A stretch of DNA of 64,000 nt from Marsupella aquatica (Eukaryota; Plantae; Marchantiophyta), in the NCBI GenBank assembly GCA_973895155.1, contig OZ316895.1:2281659-2345658 (forward strand), read 5' to 3'. Of the stretch, positions 1-13,400 are shown piece after piece; the stretch's first letter is position 1, and the number at the start of each line of letters is the position of its first letter. The notes under the pieces were generated by a model. The model was not told the DNA's origin. It did no database searches and saw nothing but the letters and a program-made list of their open reading frames with translations. The position numbers were made by a program, and so were the translations under genes.

Positions 1-2
1 CC

Positions 3-3000
3 ACATCTGTTCCACCCCCACCTCCTGTCCAGTCTTTCCCTGCTCCCTCCCCGGACGAGCGTCCCCTGCATACTTGTCCTAACTGTGGATGGGTTGGCAT
101 CTCCCTCCCTCATCATCGCGGGCGGGGCCGGTGTCATCGTCGCCAGCAAGCACAATCCCAGCCTCAGCCCCCTATTGACCCGGTTAGCTCTGCCCCTCCC
201 TCCTTGGAGGCTCCCGAGCAGGCATGGCGTTGGGTTCGCACTCTAGACCCCCTTCCAGCCTACCATCCAGGGTACATTAGACCTCGCCTTTATAACCACA
301 TTCCTCTGGCGCTGCGCCCTATAGTTCGGTCCTCCTTGTTGCAACTCATGCAGCTTATCTTGGCGCATCCTATGGAGGTCTCCTATTGGTCTTTACTGAT
401 GCTTTTTCCACAGTGGACTCTTACCCTCCCTAGTCATGGTGGTCGTGTGGGTCACCGTGAGACTGCCTCTTGTATCCATCGTTTTTTACGGGGAGATTGG
501 GAGCAGCTTCAGGAAGAGTACTTTCTTCGCGCCCGGTCTTTTATCGCCCGTGCTTTGTCTGACCCAGCTCGCCACTCTCATCCCCCTGAGCATAGACGTC
601 TTCGTCGCTCTTGTCGTTTAGCCCAGGCTGGTGAATATCGTCGGGCTGTCCAGGCCCTTTCTCCCACCACACCAGCCCCCCCTGGCGAGGTCACCTCGTT
701 GGCCCTTCAGGATCTCCATCCGCAGCCCCATGATCAGCTCCCTTTGTTTGTCGAGGATTTTGAGCCTGAGGAGGATCTTCAGTTTAGTAGGGACCACTTC
801 ACCTATGCCTTCCTCCATGCCCCGCGTTGTTCTGCTGGTGGCCCCTCCGGCTATGTCTTTGAGCATTTTCGTGATTTATTCCCCCCTGAGGATCCTCAGT
901 TTGGTTTTCCAATTTTCTTCTCCTTTTGCCAGTGTATTGGAGCCGGTCGTTTGCCTCCTCCCGTCTCTCGGCTCTTGAGTGCTTCTCGTTTATTGGCCAT
1001 GGCTAAGTCTTCACCGGGTGTTCGGCCAATTGCTATTGGGGAGGTTTTTCTTCGTCTTGTGTCTCGCACACTTTCCTCACAGTTTCGCTCTGCACTATCG
1101 GATCATCTCTCTCCACATCAATTTGCAGTTGGTGTTCCTGGCGGTTGTGAGACGGTTATTGCGGGTATTCGAGCTACATTGGACCTCCACCCTGATTGGG
1201 TTGTCCTCCAGGTTGATGTCTCTAACGATTTTAATACGGTTTCTCGGGCAGCCATTTTTCGTGCTTTGAGGGCGGCGGATCCAGACATCCAGTCCCTGAT
1301 CCCCTTTGTCCGTTGTTTTTATGGACTCGAGGCCCCACTCTTCTATAGTCATCACTCCTCTACAGGTGTGTATACCACTCTTTCCTCTGCAGAAGGTACA
1401 CGTCAGGGTGACCCTTTGGGTGGGCCTCTTTTTGCCATTGCCCATTTTACAGCTTTACGGGAAGCTGCCATGGCCCACCCCCAGTGTATCTTCCCCTCCC
1501 TTTCAGATGACACCCACATCATTGGTCCTCCTGCCGCGGTTACTTCTGCCCTCGCCACTCTTTCCACCCATTTGATGGGCCTCGGTTTACGAGTTCAGCC
1601 TGTGAAGAGTCGTGCATGGAGTCCAGCTGGGTTACCCTCTGATCTTGTGCTTCCCCCAGGGTTCTTACGTCCAGCCGATGGTCTTCGGGTCCTTGGCTCC
1701 CCAGTCGGTACCGCCTCCTTTTGCTCATCTTTCATCGCTGACTCTATACAGGCTGCCTTAGCCCATACTCCTATGCTCCCTAAGTTAGCAGATTCTCAGG
1801 CAGCATTTGGGATGTTGTTGAGGTGCATCCACCCTCGTGCGTCTTATCTGGCTAGGACGCATCCCCCTACCGAGGATCTTTGTCTCCACCTTCGAGCATT
1901 TGATATCTCCATTCGTCAGACCTTGGCCTCTCTTTTAGGTCCGGGTACGTTGCTCTCATCTCCGTGGCTTCATCGACAACTCAGTCTTCCTATTTCGCAG
2001 GGTGGTTTTGGGCTTACTTCCATTGAGAGCCTTGCACCTTTGGCCTTTTTGGGTGCATGGGCGGCCGCCTTCTCGTTGTTGGCCGATCGTTTTCTTATTG
2101 AGGATCGCCCTTTTTTACTTTCATCTCTCATGGAGGTAGAGGAGGGTTCCCTCCCGTTTCAGGTTCATTTGCGCGCAGCGCGGTCCTCATTACCAGATCC
2201 CATTCGCGCCGCGTTACCTTCTTTCCAGGAGTTTTTATCCTTGGGTCCCGTTCGTCTTCAGGCAGACCTCGCTGGGCGTATGCACACTTTCACCCTTTCC
2301 AGCATCCTCTCCGAGGCACCTGACACGGACCGATCTCGGATTCTTTCTTTCGGAGGGAAGGGCGCAGGTGGATGGCTTCAGGCCAATCCAGTCATTCCTC
2401 ATTTGCGGATGTCTTCAACGGAGTTCTCCACAGCCATGCGTCTTCGTCTGGGGCTGCCCCACCCACTTCTTGCAAGTTTACCTCCTTCTTGCACTTGTGG
2501 GAAGCCTTGTGATGCCACAGGTGTCCATCTTCTTCGGTGCAGTTTGGGAGGTGAAACCATTATTGTTCACGACGCTGTGCGAGATGCGACTGCTCAGGTT
2601 CTCTCTGGCTCTTTGGTATGCGTGCGGCGGGAGGTGGTACTCGAGTTACCTGGTCCTCCATCACAGCGGTTACGGGTGGATCTTACCATGGTCCGTGAGG
2701 GTCAACGTACTTTGGCAGATGTTGTGGTGGCAAACCCATTGCGCCAAGACATCATTGGGACAACGGCAACTACGGCAGGGGCAGCAGCGTCACGTGCGGC
2801 AACAACGAAGGAGGCCAAATATGCTGCACGAGCTTCATCCGACAGCTTCCTCCCCCTTGCTGTGGAGCTATTTGGGCGTCTTCATCCTCAGTTTGATGGG
2901 CTTCTTCGGCAAGCTGCCCGGGATGTTCATGGCCGAATGGGTCCCACCGGACCCCCGCTTTCTATTTTGACCACGCACTTTCACCAACGCATTTCAGTCA

Positions 3001-3143
3001 CCTTACAGCGTGCTCAAGCTCGGGCCATCTATCGTCGATCTCTTACAGTGGGTGCTAGTGTGCCTCCGCAGCGGCTAGCTCCCCTTGAGGATGTTCCAAT
3101 CCCACTTGCCGATCTAGTTTTGACTCTTGATGTGGACCATTAG
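3..3143 (+). mobile_element. CRE-like non-LTR retrotransposon ORF (reverse transcriptase + zinc knuckle + restriction-like endonuclease); 5' end lies outside the window
   Basis: RT motifs GVRPIAIGE, QFAVG, LQVDVSNDFN, GTRQGDPLG, SLSDDTHIIG, RVLGSPVG, LPISQGGFGL. C-terminal CTCG...HLLRC knuckle, HDAVRD, RVDL..ADV, KEAKY, PLAVELFG. The frame is open upstream of 204 back to base 3 (includes CPNC). T-rich 3' UTR to about 3378. Confidence 0.9.
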
Positions 3144-5094
3144 CTTTTTGCCACAATCAGTAGGAATGATGAGGACCTCGGTCCGCTTGGGTTAGTTTTA
3201 GTCTCTCTCTCTTTCTTGGTTTTTAGGGGTTCCCTATTGTTCATTTCTTATTTTTAGTTCCTCTTTCTTGGTGTTTAGTGGTTCCCTTTTGCTCACTTCT
3301 TTTTCGATTGGTTTTGTCCACTTGGGCCCTCTTTTGTTTGTTCATTTGTACTCTGTTTGGTCCCTTTGTATATAAAAAGTGTGTATATTTCCCTTCATTT
3401 CAATCTCCGTTGCTTCCACTTCACTTCTCCATGAAAGGGCAAGACGTCTGCTGTTATCCGTTTGAATGTGTACGTTTGTTTCTGCTTTCACTATGTCTTC
3501 TAGGTATAACAAAGATTCTCCTGGCTAGTTGATTTTTTTCTCAGGCAAAATCTCCTTGCTGGTAATAATTTAGTCACGATGGTGAAGGTTGTTTGCTTTT
3601 TTGTCATGGAAGCTAGTGCTCGTTTTGCTAGGCTGCTTGTGAGGACTGTTTACTTGGCTCTGTTTTGGCTTGTTTGTGCTCAGTTCTTTTTGGCTCGACA
3701 TTGTTTTGGCTCTTCAGGTCTAATTTTGACTTTGTGTTTGTAGGGTTGCTCAATTTGGCTGTGTGCCCGGTTGCTAAGTGATTTGCCCAGTATCTATCCA
3801 CAGTTCTTGTTTGTCCATTGTGCCTGGTCTGTTTTACTCTCTAGTAGTGTTCCGTTTGATTCTCACTTGTCTTTTTTACAGAGGCTTTAGTTGACACATC
3901 CAATGTGCAAGGCTTTTGTATCATTTTTTGAGTCAAACTCTGCTTGGAAGGCTCTTCAAGAACAGTTCAGGGTTCAATTCCCTGTCGGAGCTATGAGGTG
4001 ACAGGTTTGGAAAAGCACTTAATAGAAACAAATGTGAAAATAATCGGAACAGAGGTCACAGGGGCAGCCCTTGGATAAATGGATGGCATTTGTTTCCGCT
4101 CAAGTGTCACTAATGATGCTCATGCAATGGGGAAGGATTTATGTTTAGAGTTGCCTTTTTATGTTTTTACTGAATGGTTGATAGTATAAAAAGAAAATGA
4201 TGTCATTTTCTTGTCTATTTTACATCTCGGAAAAAAATTCCAACATTGCTGATTTGGGTTAAATGTAAATGTACATTTTCTTTAAAGGGGCAAAAAAATG
4301 TATCAAAAGTAACTGTTTCTTTTTGTGCAAAAAGGGTTTGAAATTAATCATTAGGGTAGTTATTTTGATAAATGTCTTGTTGTAAAAGCACATCAAAACT
4401 CTAATTTATGCTAAAATAAAATAGGCTGAAAAAACGTGAATTTTTGTGAAAAGATTCATCTCCAAAATGGTGTGTTGTGATGTCAAGATATCAAACAATA
4501 GAATTAAAAATATGATTCTATCCTATGTGATATGGTGCTCTGGATAAGATTTTTCTTTTATCTGGGAAATTTTTTTGAATTTGAATAACATATCAGTCAT
4601 TGCCTGGGTCATTGCATAACTCACTCCTCAAAGGAAGACGTGTATAGTACAAAAAAGTCTGCTCTTAAAAATAAAGTAGCATAAGTACAGTTTCTATGGG
4701 TTGTGGGCTGTAGTGCCCTCAAGTTGAGAGCTTCTACAACCCTCTGGGTTTGATAATTTGATTATTGTAACAAGGACATGCAAAAATTCAAGTCCAAGTC
4801 ATTACTGTAATGTTATCAAGTTTCAGAGATGATTTTCTTTACTGGATTTGAATGTGTAAGAGATAATTATACAATAGTTGACTTTCTACTGGGTTTGTTG
4901 GTGGGTTTCCAAGATAGTATCTTTGCCTTCTAAGCCCAAAGTGAACTCATCCCACAGAGGGTAGAAGTCTTGCTCTGGAGCATGCAATTCTGTAGGGTAA
5001 CCCAAGGGCAACCTACCAATTAGGGTTCTAACAAGGGCCTAGACCAGGAGGGAGACTCTGAGAAGGTTACACCAGAGTCCCAAAGTGAGTCAGC

Positions 5095-5250
5095 CAAGGG
5101 CTGAAGAGAAACCAATACTCCCACCACTACACTGCACCAACACACACACACACACCACCGCCACACCCCTTACATGTGGAGGGGGGATTGAAACCTAGGA
5201 CCTCTCGTCTAGACTAATCCTCCTGGCCAACTGACGTGAGCTAGTTGCTT
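5095..5250 (-). mobile_element. tRNA-derived repeat (SINE-like head), copy 1
   Basis: Minus strand reads TAGCTCACGTCAGTTGG (A-box-like) then GGTTTCAATCCC (B-box-like), followed by a (TG)n tract. A homologous copy lies at about 7350-7490. Confidence 0.5.
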
Positions 5251-6484
5251 GATTTTCAAGATTTTAATTTACGGTCACCAGCTTATTGATCTTTACTAGG
5301 GGGTCTCAAATACAGGGGTGCAGAATGTTTTTGCAAACAGCCACTGCAGTCGGTAACTAGTCCGTGGGTGTCTTTACGTCTGTTGGCCATATTATGACGG
5401 AATGTTTTTTGTAGGAACTGTCCTAAGAGACCAGTGAGTCCAGACCTCTCTGCCAAGTCCATGTGTTTGTGGCAAAATGGCAAAATCTCAATTGTGAGAC
5501 GGCCTGCATGTGAAGTGACTCTCATAACATAAGACATTTTGAAATTGGATGATACACGGGCAGCGTTTTTAGTAGTGCCTGTGTGAGGATAATTAATTTG
5601 AATGTGCAGAGAATGTGGGAAGCATGTTCAATGTTGTGAGCATGGACATTGGTCTTCAAAAGGAAGGAGGATCCAAGCTTGAAGTCCAGGGTGGTATGTC
5701 TTTAGAAATGGGACCAAGGTCAACTGTAGCAAGAAGTGCAATCATATCTTCACTTGTTGCTGTTGTCCTTTCCTCTGCGCCTCTGTAAATTTCATGACAC
5801 AAGCACCTTGTTGGCATTATGACAAGACATCTGTGACCTTCTATCAAAAATGCTTTGAAGGCGGTCAACTTCAAGTCTGTAGGATTGTCAAGCCTGGGTG
5901 TCAAGCTAGTTGAGTGTCTAGTGCATGAACAAAGTTAACAAGAAAGGACTACACACTGGTTGTGGACCCCCATGGGAAGTTCCTTCCAAAATTCTTGGAT
6001 GTATGTGTAGCCACATGAACATGATTTGTCAAAAACAAGAACTGTTACCTACATATGCAAGAACCAAACTTGACTATTAGTGTTTGAGACAAAGCCAAAC
6101 AAAAATAGTTAGACCCTATAACTGTAAAAACAATGGAAAACTGAAAAATAAATTTCAAGTAAGCAAAGAAAAGGGTAAAACAGGGGTGAGATAAAATAAT
6201 ATTTGGATGAGATGTGATTGATATATCAATGTTTTCTGGTAATCTATTTCAATTTTCTATTTAATTTACACATTTTTGAAATAATGACAAGCAGAAAGGA
6301 ACTTCTCAATTACTCTAACATTTACCAAGGCAACATAATAAACCCAAGAAACTTTTCAACTGTCTTCTATATAACATTTACCAAGGTAACTAAAGAAACC
6401 CTTGGTTTGGCTACTATGGATTAAGGAGTAACAAGCAAAGGTAAGAAACATGATGATAGCTACTATGGGTATGGGAATACTGAG

Positions 6485-6829
6485 TGTTAGATATTGCTCT
6501 AGTCTTGTGACTCATGCGCTAACCACAGTTAGGCTAACTCAGGTTAGGACTTAGCTAATGTTAGCGGTAGTGCTGTTGTGTATTAAGCCAGGGCTGATGC
6601 CAGACCCTGGTGGAACTTAGACTCATTGTTACGGAACTAGTTGAGAGATAGAGAGAGCTTGTGCTGTGGATGCTTGGTATAGCCCGGTCGGCCTAGAGTG
6701 CAGTAAAGCTCTTGTGTGTTCCCGTGGACGTAGCCTCATGTGGAGGTGAACCACGTATCTCTTTGTGTCGACTATTGTGCGTTGGATGGTTCATGGGCTT
6801 GTCGTTGCGAATGTCGTCTATGCTTAACA
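6485..6829. mobile_element. Solo LTR (copia-like), 345 bp
   Basis: Starts TGTTAG and ends TTAACA. Perfect 5-bp TSD CTGAG at 6480-6484 and 6830-6834. Contains a CCCGTGGACGTAGCC...GAACCACGTA motif of the kind common in plant copia LTRs. Confidence 0.85.
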
Positions 6830-7349
6830 CTGAGGAGCATTAAGAACTTTCAACTACCATTCCCATAGTCTAATAGTAGTTGTAGTTCCCTATTCATATC
6901 CATGTCACGCCCTTCATCGTTGGATGACCTGTTGTCAACCCATGGCTAAGTAAACCGAAGGCACATTGTGATATTCAAAAAAATGGTTGGCAATCTACTA
7001 AAAGCCAGAAGCTCAGAATGCCTTTAAAGTCTTGGGGGGGCATTCACTAACATTATATACATAAAAATACATAGAGAAAGGTGAAGATGGAGCACCCAGT
7101 GTGGAACCACACTTAGTTTTGTGAGTTTTTTTTATCATTGTTTCACTCCTATCTTTTTTTATTATTCCCAAATTCCCTAAACCAAAAAATGTAATGCCCC
7201 ATCAATCTAGGCATACTCAACCCAAAACTATAGTGATTGCACCTTGTAATTTACTCTATCCCACTCTCTATCTCTACCCTGCCAACTCGATATCCCCCTG
7301 AAATTGACTCTACCCGGCTCTGTATTGCCACCCTTGTCAACTGAGGGTT

Positions 7350-7490
7350 GAACCAAGGCCAACTAGATGGGGAGAAACCAGGACTGCCACCACTACACCT
7401 CACCCACACATACCCCTCCACACCTCTTATGTGTGATGTAAGACCTCTCACTTCTAGGCTAATCCCATGGCCAACTCATCAAAGCCTGTT
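7350..7490 (-). mobile_element. tRNA-derived repeat, degenerate copy 2
   Basis: Shares GAGAAACCA, CCACCACTACAC, CACACA, GACCTCTC, CTAATCC and TGGCCAACT blocks in the same order as copy 1; the B-box segment is missing. Confidence 0.45.
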
Positions 7491-10400
7491 GGTTAATTTT
7501 TGGCTCGGGTTCACACTACTCACGAGCTAAGTTTTCTCGCGGGATGAATTCTCGTGTGTGGACCCATTAATTTTGTTCTGGGTTATAGATTCCCAAGCCA
7601 TGTTCGTTCTTGCCCCATTGACAATTCTAGTGTATTGCTGGAATTAGTGCTTTGACGAGAACTATTTCATAAGTGCATTTTCAAACATTTGTCTCTCGAA
7701 AGAAGCCAACCAATTTCCTTCTGTAATGCAGAGTCCAGATCCGTCACCTCGCCGCTAATGCATATAAAGCTTAATTGTTCCTAGCCTCTCAATATATTCC
7801 TTCACATTCATATCTTTCATCTTTCCTTTGCTTATAAAGAGCCATTCCTTCTCTCACCCAACTCTTTGCAATAATATGAAACCACTTCTGTATGATCTCA
7901 CCTTGAAATCAGATAATTAAGACTTTCCTACTGCACCTATATCACAATCTCATGAACTCGTTTGAACTACGGATGTAGTTTTATGTCATTTCCGGATTGA
8001 CACGAGAAAATTGGGCATCTCCCACTTTCCACACTACGATCTCTAAGGCGGCGATTCTGCAAGTGCGAGTATAGATGTTAGTGTTCCCATGTAGGAAATC
8101 ATAATCAGACGCCCAATCAAGTCCTGTGACTTTTGATTGGGGTTTGAGACGAGCAAATGGGGCTTCTCAGGCTTCCGAAACACGATCTCAAAGGATGCGA
8201 TTCTACAAGCACGACGAAAGATCCTAGTGTTCCTACGTAGGAAATCACAATCAAAGCCTTGTGACTTTCCTTTTGTTGCAAATTCAGCACAAAGAAACAT
8301 AAGGAATGCATTCAGAGAATCTTTCACCAAACGAAAGATAACCTAAAGCAAAGAAGAAGAGTCTAACAATAGCCCATTCAATGTATGCAGTTACTCTTAC
8401 TGGAATTTGGTGTAATTGTTCAAGACGAACACTATCGAATTGCATTCGTTCTACGTTGATTGGTTTTTCTGAAATTTATCATTTGGTATCCATCAAGTCA
8501 TGGCACAAAGTCATGCAAGCAATGAAAAGAGTAGGGGAAGAAATTTAATCAGGCATCGATCAAGACCAAGCCGTTTGACTTCTCATTTTAATCGACACAT
8601 TTCCGAATGAAATTTACTTTCCTACTGTGTCTGTAGATATGCTATTCCTGTGAGCACGCGCAATGGGACTGAGATAGCATGGAGATCGCCAGCACCAAAG
8701 CCTACATGGAAACCGCCTTACTCGTACATGAAACGCCTTGAAGAAGAAGCCCGATCGAGGGACATCAACGTTGTGCACAACTTGACGCAGCTTGAGAGAG
8801 AGAGTAGGGCTGCTACTCCCATTCAGAGAAAAAAGGCGCTGCAACCATCGAAAAAACCGCTCTCACCATGGCAGCGAGCAGATTTCCATACAACCATGTT
8901 GAACAGGCTCAAGCGTTGAAACCGTTTGTCTAATGTGATTTTCAGCATGATTTATCGTGGCCTCCCAATTACTATCATGTCTTTCAAGTATTCTTGAGAT
9001 GTACGAGTAAACGCCAATGGCCATGTATGCATTAGAGTTTTGGATTCTTTTCGGTACCGTCGTTCTTTTGATCAATTCCAAGAAGAGAGCTTAGATGGGC
9101 ACAGGCCTCTTTGAATAGAAATTCATTCTTTGAATAGAACTGTCAGCAATCTAATGTCCATTCGATCTTGTTGATTAGGTTGCATCTACTCATATCAACT
9201 AGGCAAAAGACGAATTGAACCATTGCCGACAACCTAGAGATAAATGAACTAAATTTTACAGGAGCAGTTAGGCAACACAGTACATGCAAACCGTAGCGCC
9301 TCCATATCGAGCCGAGGAGGCAGATGCAATCTACCACTAGGAGGACACTTGGAGAGAAAAGAAAATAGGCAAACAATAGAAATTCAAGGACAACTAACCC
9401 TCAAAGAATACAGCTGCATGAGACTAACCGCAAAAGCGGTGGGAAAGGTGTGGATTACGTTGAAAGTGGATGTATTTCAAATCGATGATCTATTTGAAGG
9501 ACCGCATTCAATTGAAGGGAATCTTGAATGTGATGTTTTAGACTTAAGTTCTGGACAATAGAAAAATTTAGCGAAGAAGTGATCATCCAGAAACACATCT
9601 GAAATTGAGCTACAACAGGAATGATCGGGACAGGTGTGGGTTACGGTGTATGTGGATAGGGTTTAAATTGAAAGGTAATTGAAGGATAGCTATGAAAGGA
9701 ACAGAACAGTAACCCTATTTAATTGAATTCATTTCTGAATCTTAATTGTGGGAACAATACTAGGCATCGGTTAAGGGATTTCGCTAATATGTAGAAGTAA
9801 TATTTCTCTAGTATTCTTCATTAAGGCTTTCCATGGACATGATCCCTTCGAAGTAATCAAACTCAGTAATTTGTTACTCTCACAATATCTGCCACCATGT
9901 GGCTCGTTTTCTAAGATTGTCCTTGCATATATGTAAAAATTTGGAATCAAATAGGTTAGGTTTGATACATGGAGCCCATTTAAATTTCAATCTAAGTATT
10001 ACGTACTGATGTCGTCAAAGCAAAGGAAGAGAAGCTTCACCGCGAATATCTATGAGAGACAAAATATACGTTCTTTCAGTGCCAGCAAAAGCTTTCGTAC
10101 GAGCTATCACAGTGCCAGACAAGGCTTCTAAGGATTGTATCGACGTGTTTCCCAGCCAGTAAGACTTTCTGCAGTAAAGCCTCTTTAGCTCGTACATAAT
10201 AGCTAACTAAAGCCATGTCGACAATACTGCAAAGTGGCCAAGATAAAACCGTACCAGCTAAAGAACTACTGCAGCAGTGGTGCACTGAAAGGTGGAAGAG
10301 TACTGTAAGAGTGTGCCAGTTACAACCTCTTTTGGGTGTGTACGAGATTCCACTAGCAGAAGACCAACCAAATCAAAGCATTTTTGGGTGGAGGTAGCTC

Positions 10401-13400
10401 AAGAGAGTGGTCGAGAAAATGACTTGCGGCTGTTGATACAGTCGCCAGATGTCTAGTTTTCCATAAGATGATTCAAAAAATCAGAGACGCGTGTGTTACA
10501 AAGCTGACCTGCACGGAGATTGAAGGACTGCTCGAGACCCAAAAACAGGGACTGATCGTTACGAACAGGACAGTACTTTGTCGCTAAGGTATCTCTGCCT
10601 GAGGTGGCTAGCAAAGATTGTGACAATTGTAACCTCGGCAGATTTCTGCAGCCTAAGTTATCTCGTGCAGGGTCTTGCAAATGTCAGAAAAGAAGGCTGG
10701 AACATTTCTAAGTTGCCAGAAAAGGGGGTGGAGACGAGATGCTAGATTGAATTCCATGGAACTTTGGAGATAATTAGCTTTTGGGTGGCCAAATGCCAGT
10801 CTTGAATCTTCATGGGATACGTTTCCCTTTGTTATCCATGGATTCCCGCATGGATTCTCCAGCACGGGGCACTCCCACCTCACAATTGCTGTGTTCTAGC
10901 ACTAGACCGAAATACCTCCAACAGGCGACTTTAGGCGGGTCGACCACGTCAGATGAGGCATGATTGTACATCGGAAAAACTTCACTGTTTAGAAGCCACC
11001 GTGGAAATCTTTTGAGACCTTCAGAAAAATGCCCACAGCTTTAATTTATTGTGTATTTGATGAAGCAAGTGAGTCCACTATACCATGGTCCCCTGGTACT
11101 GAACGAAGAAGACCGGATAGGTTTAATTCTTGGAATTTGATGGAGGACAAACACTTTGGGGACATTCACAATGCCGAGTCTCACCGGAGTCTGAGAGTAG
11201 CGAGGATTCTCTCAAGGGTTGTCAGGGTCATCATGGAGTGGATGACTTCTCCAACAGTTCTTGACGCGTGGCGGACAATTCCCTGAAAGCAATGAAGTTT
11301 CTTGAGGATCAGTGTGAGCTAGCTGTATGGCGCATTGAATATAGAATCTCATTCTGCAAAATCTAGAGAACTTCCTTCCTGCAAAGTGTCCATACATCGA
11401 GTATATGGAAGGAAGGTTCCTCGCTCAGAATTAGATGGAGGCACCTCACGAGAGAACGGGGGGCACCAAGGAAAATTGAGGGCTGTAGGAACAATTTCTC
11501 TAAGCAGAGATGACTGTTACTACGCAAGTCTTACTTTAAGAATGATATATGTTGTCGATGAATTAACGTCAAATACACAACATAAATATTCTTATAACAG
11601 AAACCTATCAAAATGATCGATAAAAGTTTAGAACTGATGGCTTTTAAGGCAAATGTAGTCTCTGTGCATAACATGCCTGGTTTGTGTTGGGGTAAAGTGG
11701 ACTTAGTAGCTAGAAAACCAAGTCTGGAAGCTACCGGACCTCTTTGCATTGCACTGAAAGTACAAAACTCACCCCGAAAAAGTTGCCTGTTTTCTCAGCA
11801 GAAAGATTACCATTTTTCCTTGGTAGTAATCTCCAACAGGGACACTGCACCACATCTGACGTAGAACCACCTAAATCAGGAGAAATTCCCAAACATCTAG
11901 CACGTAAGGCCAAAAAACATAGAAGGGCAGAGCCCCATAGTGGCCATGAGGCAAACAGGATTTCGTGCGGGGCATGAGAAATCTGTTTCACTCAGAGTGT
12001 ATACATTAGTCCAATTTATATATAGCCTATCCCAATGTGATGAGTTGTCCTACATAGTTGCGTCAAAAATCGACACTTCAATCCTTAATTGGCCAGATAG
12101 TTGAAACTAGTCCAAATTACTTGTGCTGAACGAGATTTTCCATCCTGGCTGAAAGAACCATTTGAACATCTCTTCCCAGGTTTATTAAATGAAGCCGCAC
12201 GCATCCCCCCACACTGAGAACCTCGTTAATGAAACCAGTGTGTGTATCAGATGCCTCTCGCAAGAATCAAAACTAGGCTAATGTACCAACCATGCTCGCT
12301 ATACTGTAGACTAGACCAAAAATTGCCTAACTGCTCAATTCTTCATGTCTTACCTGAACAGTAGACACTGGAGAATAAACGAATGCCGAGCTCCCTCGCT
12401 GTGAAGATTATTGTCGTTGGAGGTGATGATGTTCCCCATGATTCCGCCGGATTCTGTATTACAGCCATGTTTGTTCTGTATTCTGTACTTCCGCAACGAC
12501 AAAGTACTCGAAGCTCTTATTGCTTAAAAAACATCTTCTTGGAACTCTACAATGGAAAAATTACTTGAAATGCTCATATGACATGAGCAACTCTCTCTGG
12601 AAAATGGATTTCTCAACAATACTCCTTTAAAATAAAATCTAAGGTAGCTTTGCAGCAGCAAAATAAGTAATAGTAAAACCCTTCCTTAACACAAGAACTA
12701 CATTCTATGAAAAATAGTATTCTGTTAATATGTTTTGCAAACTAAAATGTCCTTTGGCTTTGCAATGGCACAATTATTACCGTTAGGTAACAAGAACAAC
12801 ACTCTATGAAAATCAAGAATTTCCCCTTAGTTTTCTCGGTGTCAATTGTTCCACTGGTTCATGGGTCGTTGTGTTGTTTGCTATCTTTTCTTTGGGGTTT
12901 AAATTGGTTGTGTTGTCCATTATAAATTATATTCTTGAAGAAATTGAGTTCATTTTATATTTTTTTTGGTAGTAATTGAAGAAACTATTTGGCGTGCTAT
13001 GAGTAAAATATGAAGTACGTGTTCAGTCTGCACGTATTTTCTTTGCCCATAAACGGCAGATAAGGTGCTCAAACACCTCAATGTACCTTACTTTTTGTCT
13101 AATTTTTTAACTCTGAAAACATGGTTAAGAGTACTATCTGGAGGGAAAAGGCTAATAAGAGAATAAAACCCCCAAATGAAGCCAAGCTTGCAATCAAGAC
13201 TCCTACTGTAAGTGACATGATATCTCTTGGACATTAAGTGATCATGAAATAAGAGCCAAGATTCTTTTGGACAGAAATGATATCTCACAGGGAAGTTATG
13301 GAGAGAAGTGTAAAGAACAACATTCAAGCATATCTTTGTGTATTAGTCCAGTCAATCCAAGTTTGGATCGTCCATGGGAGCCTCACGGACAAGATATGAG

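Noticed and set aside
3968-3992. B-box-like GGTTCAATTCCC suggesting a tRNA
   Set aside because: No A box or cloverleaf could be built.
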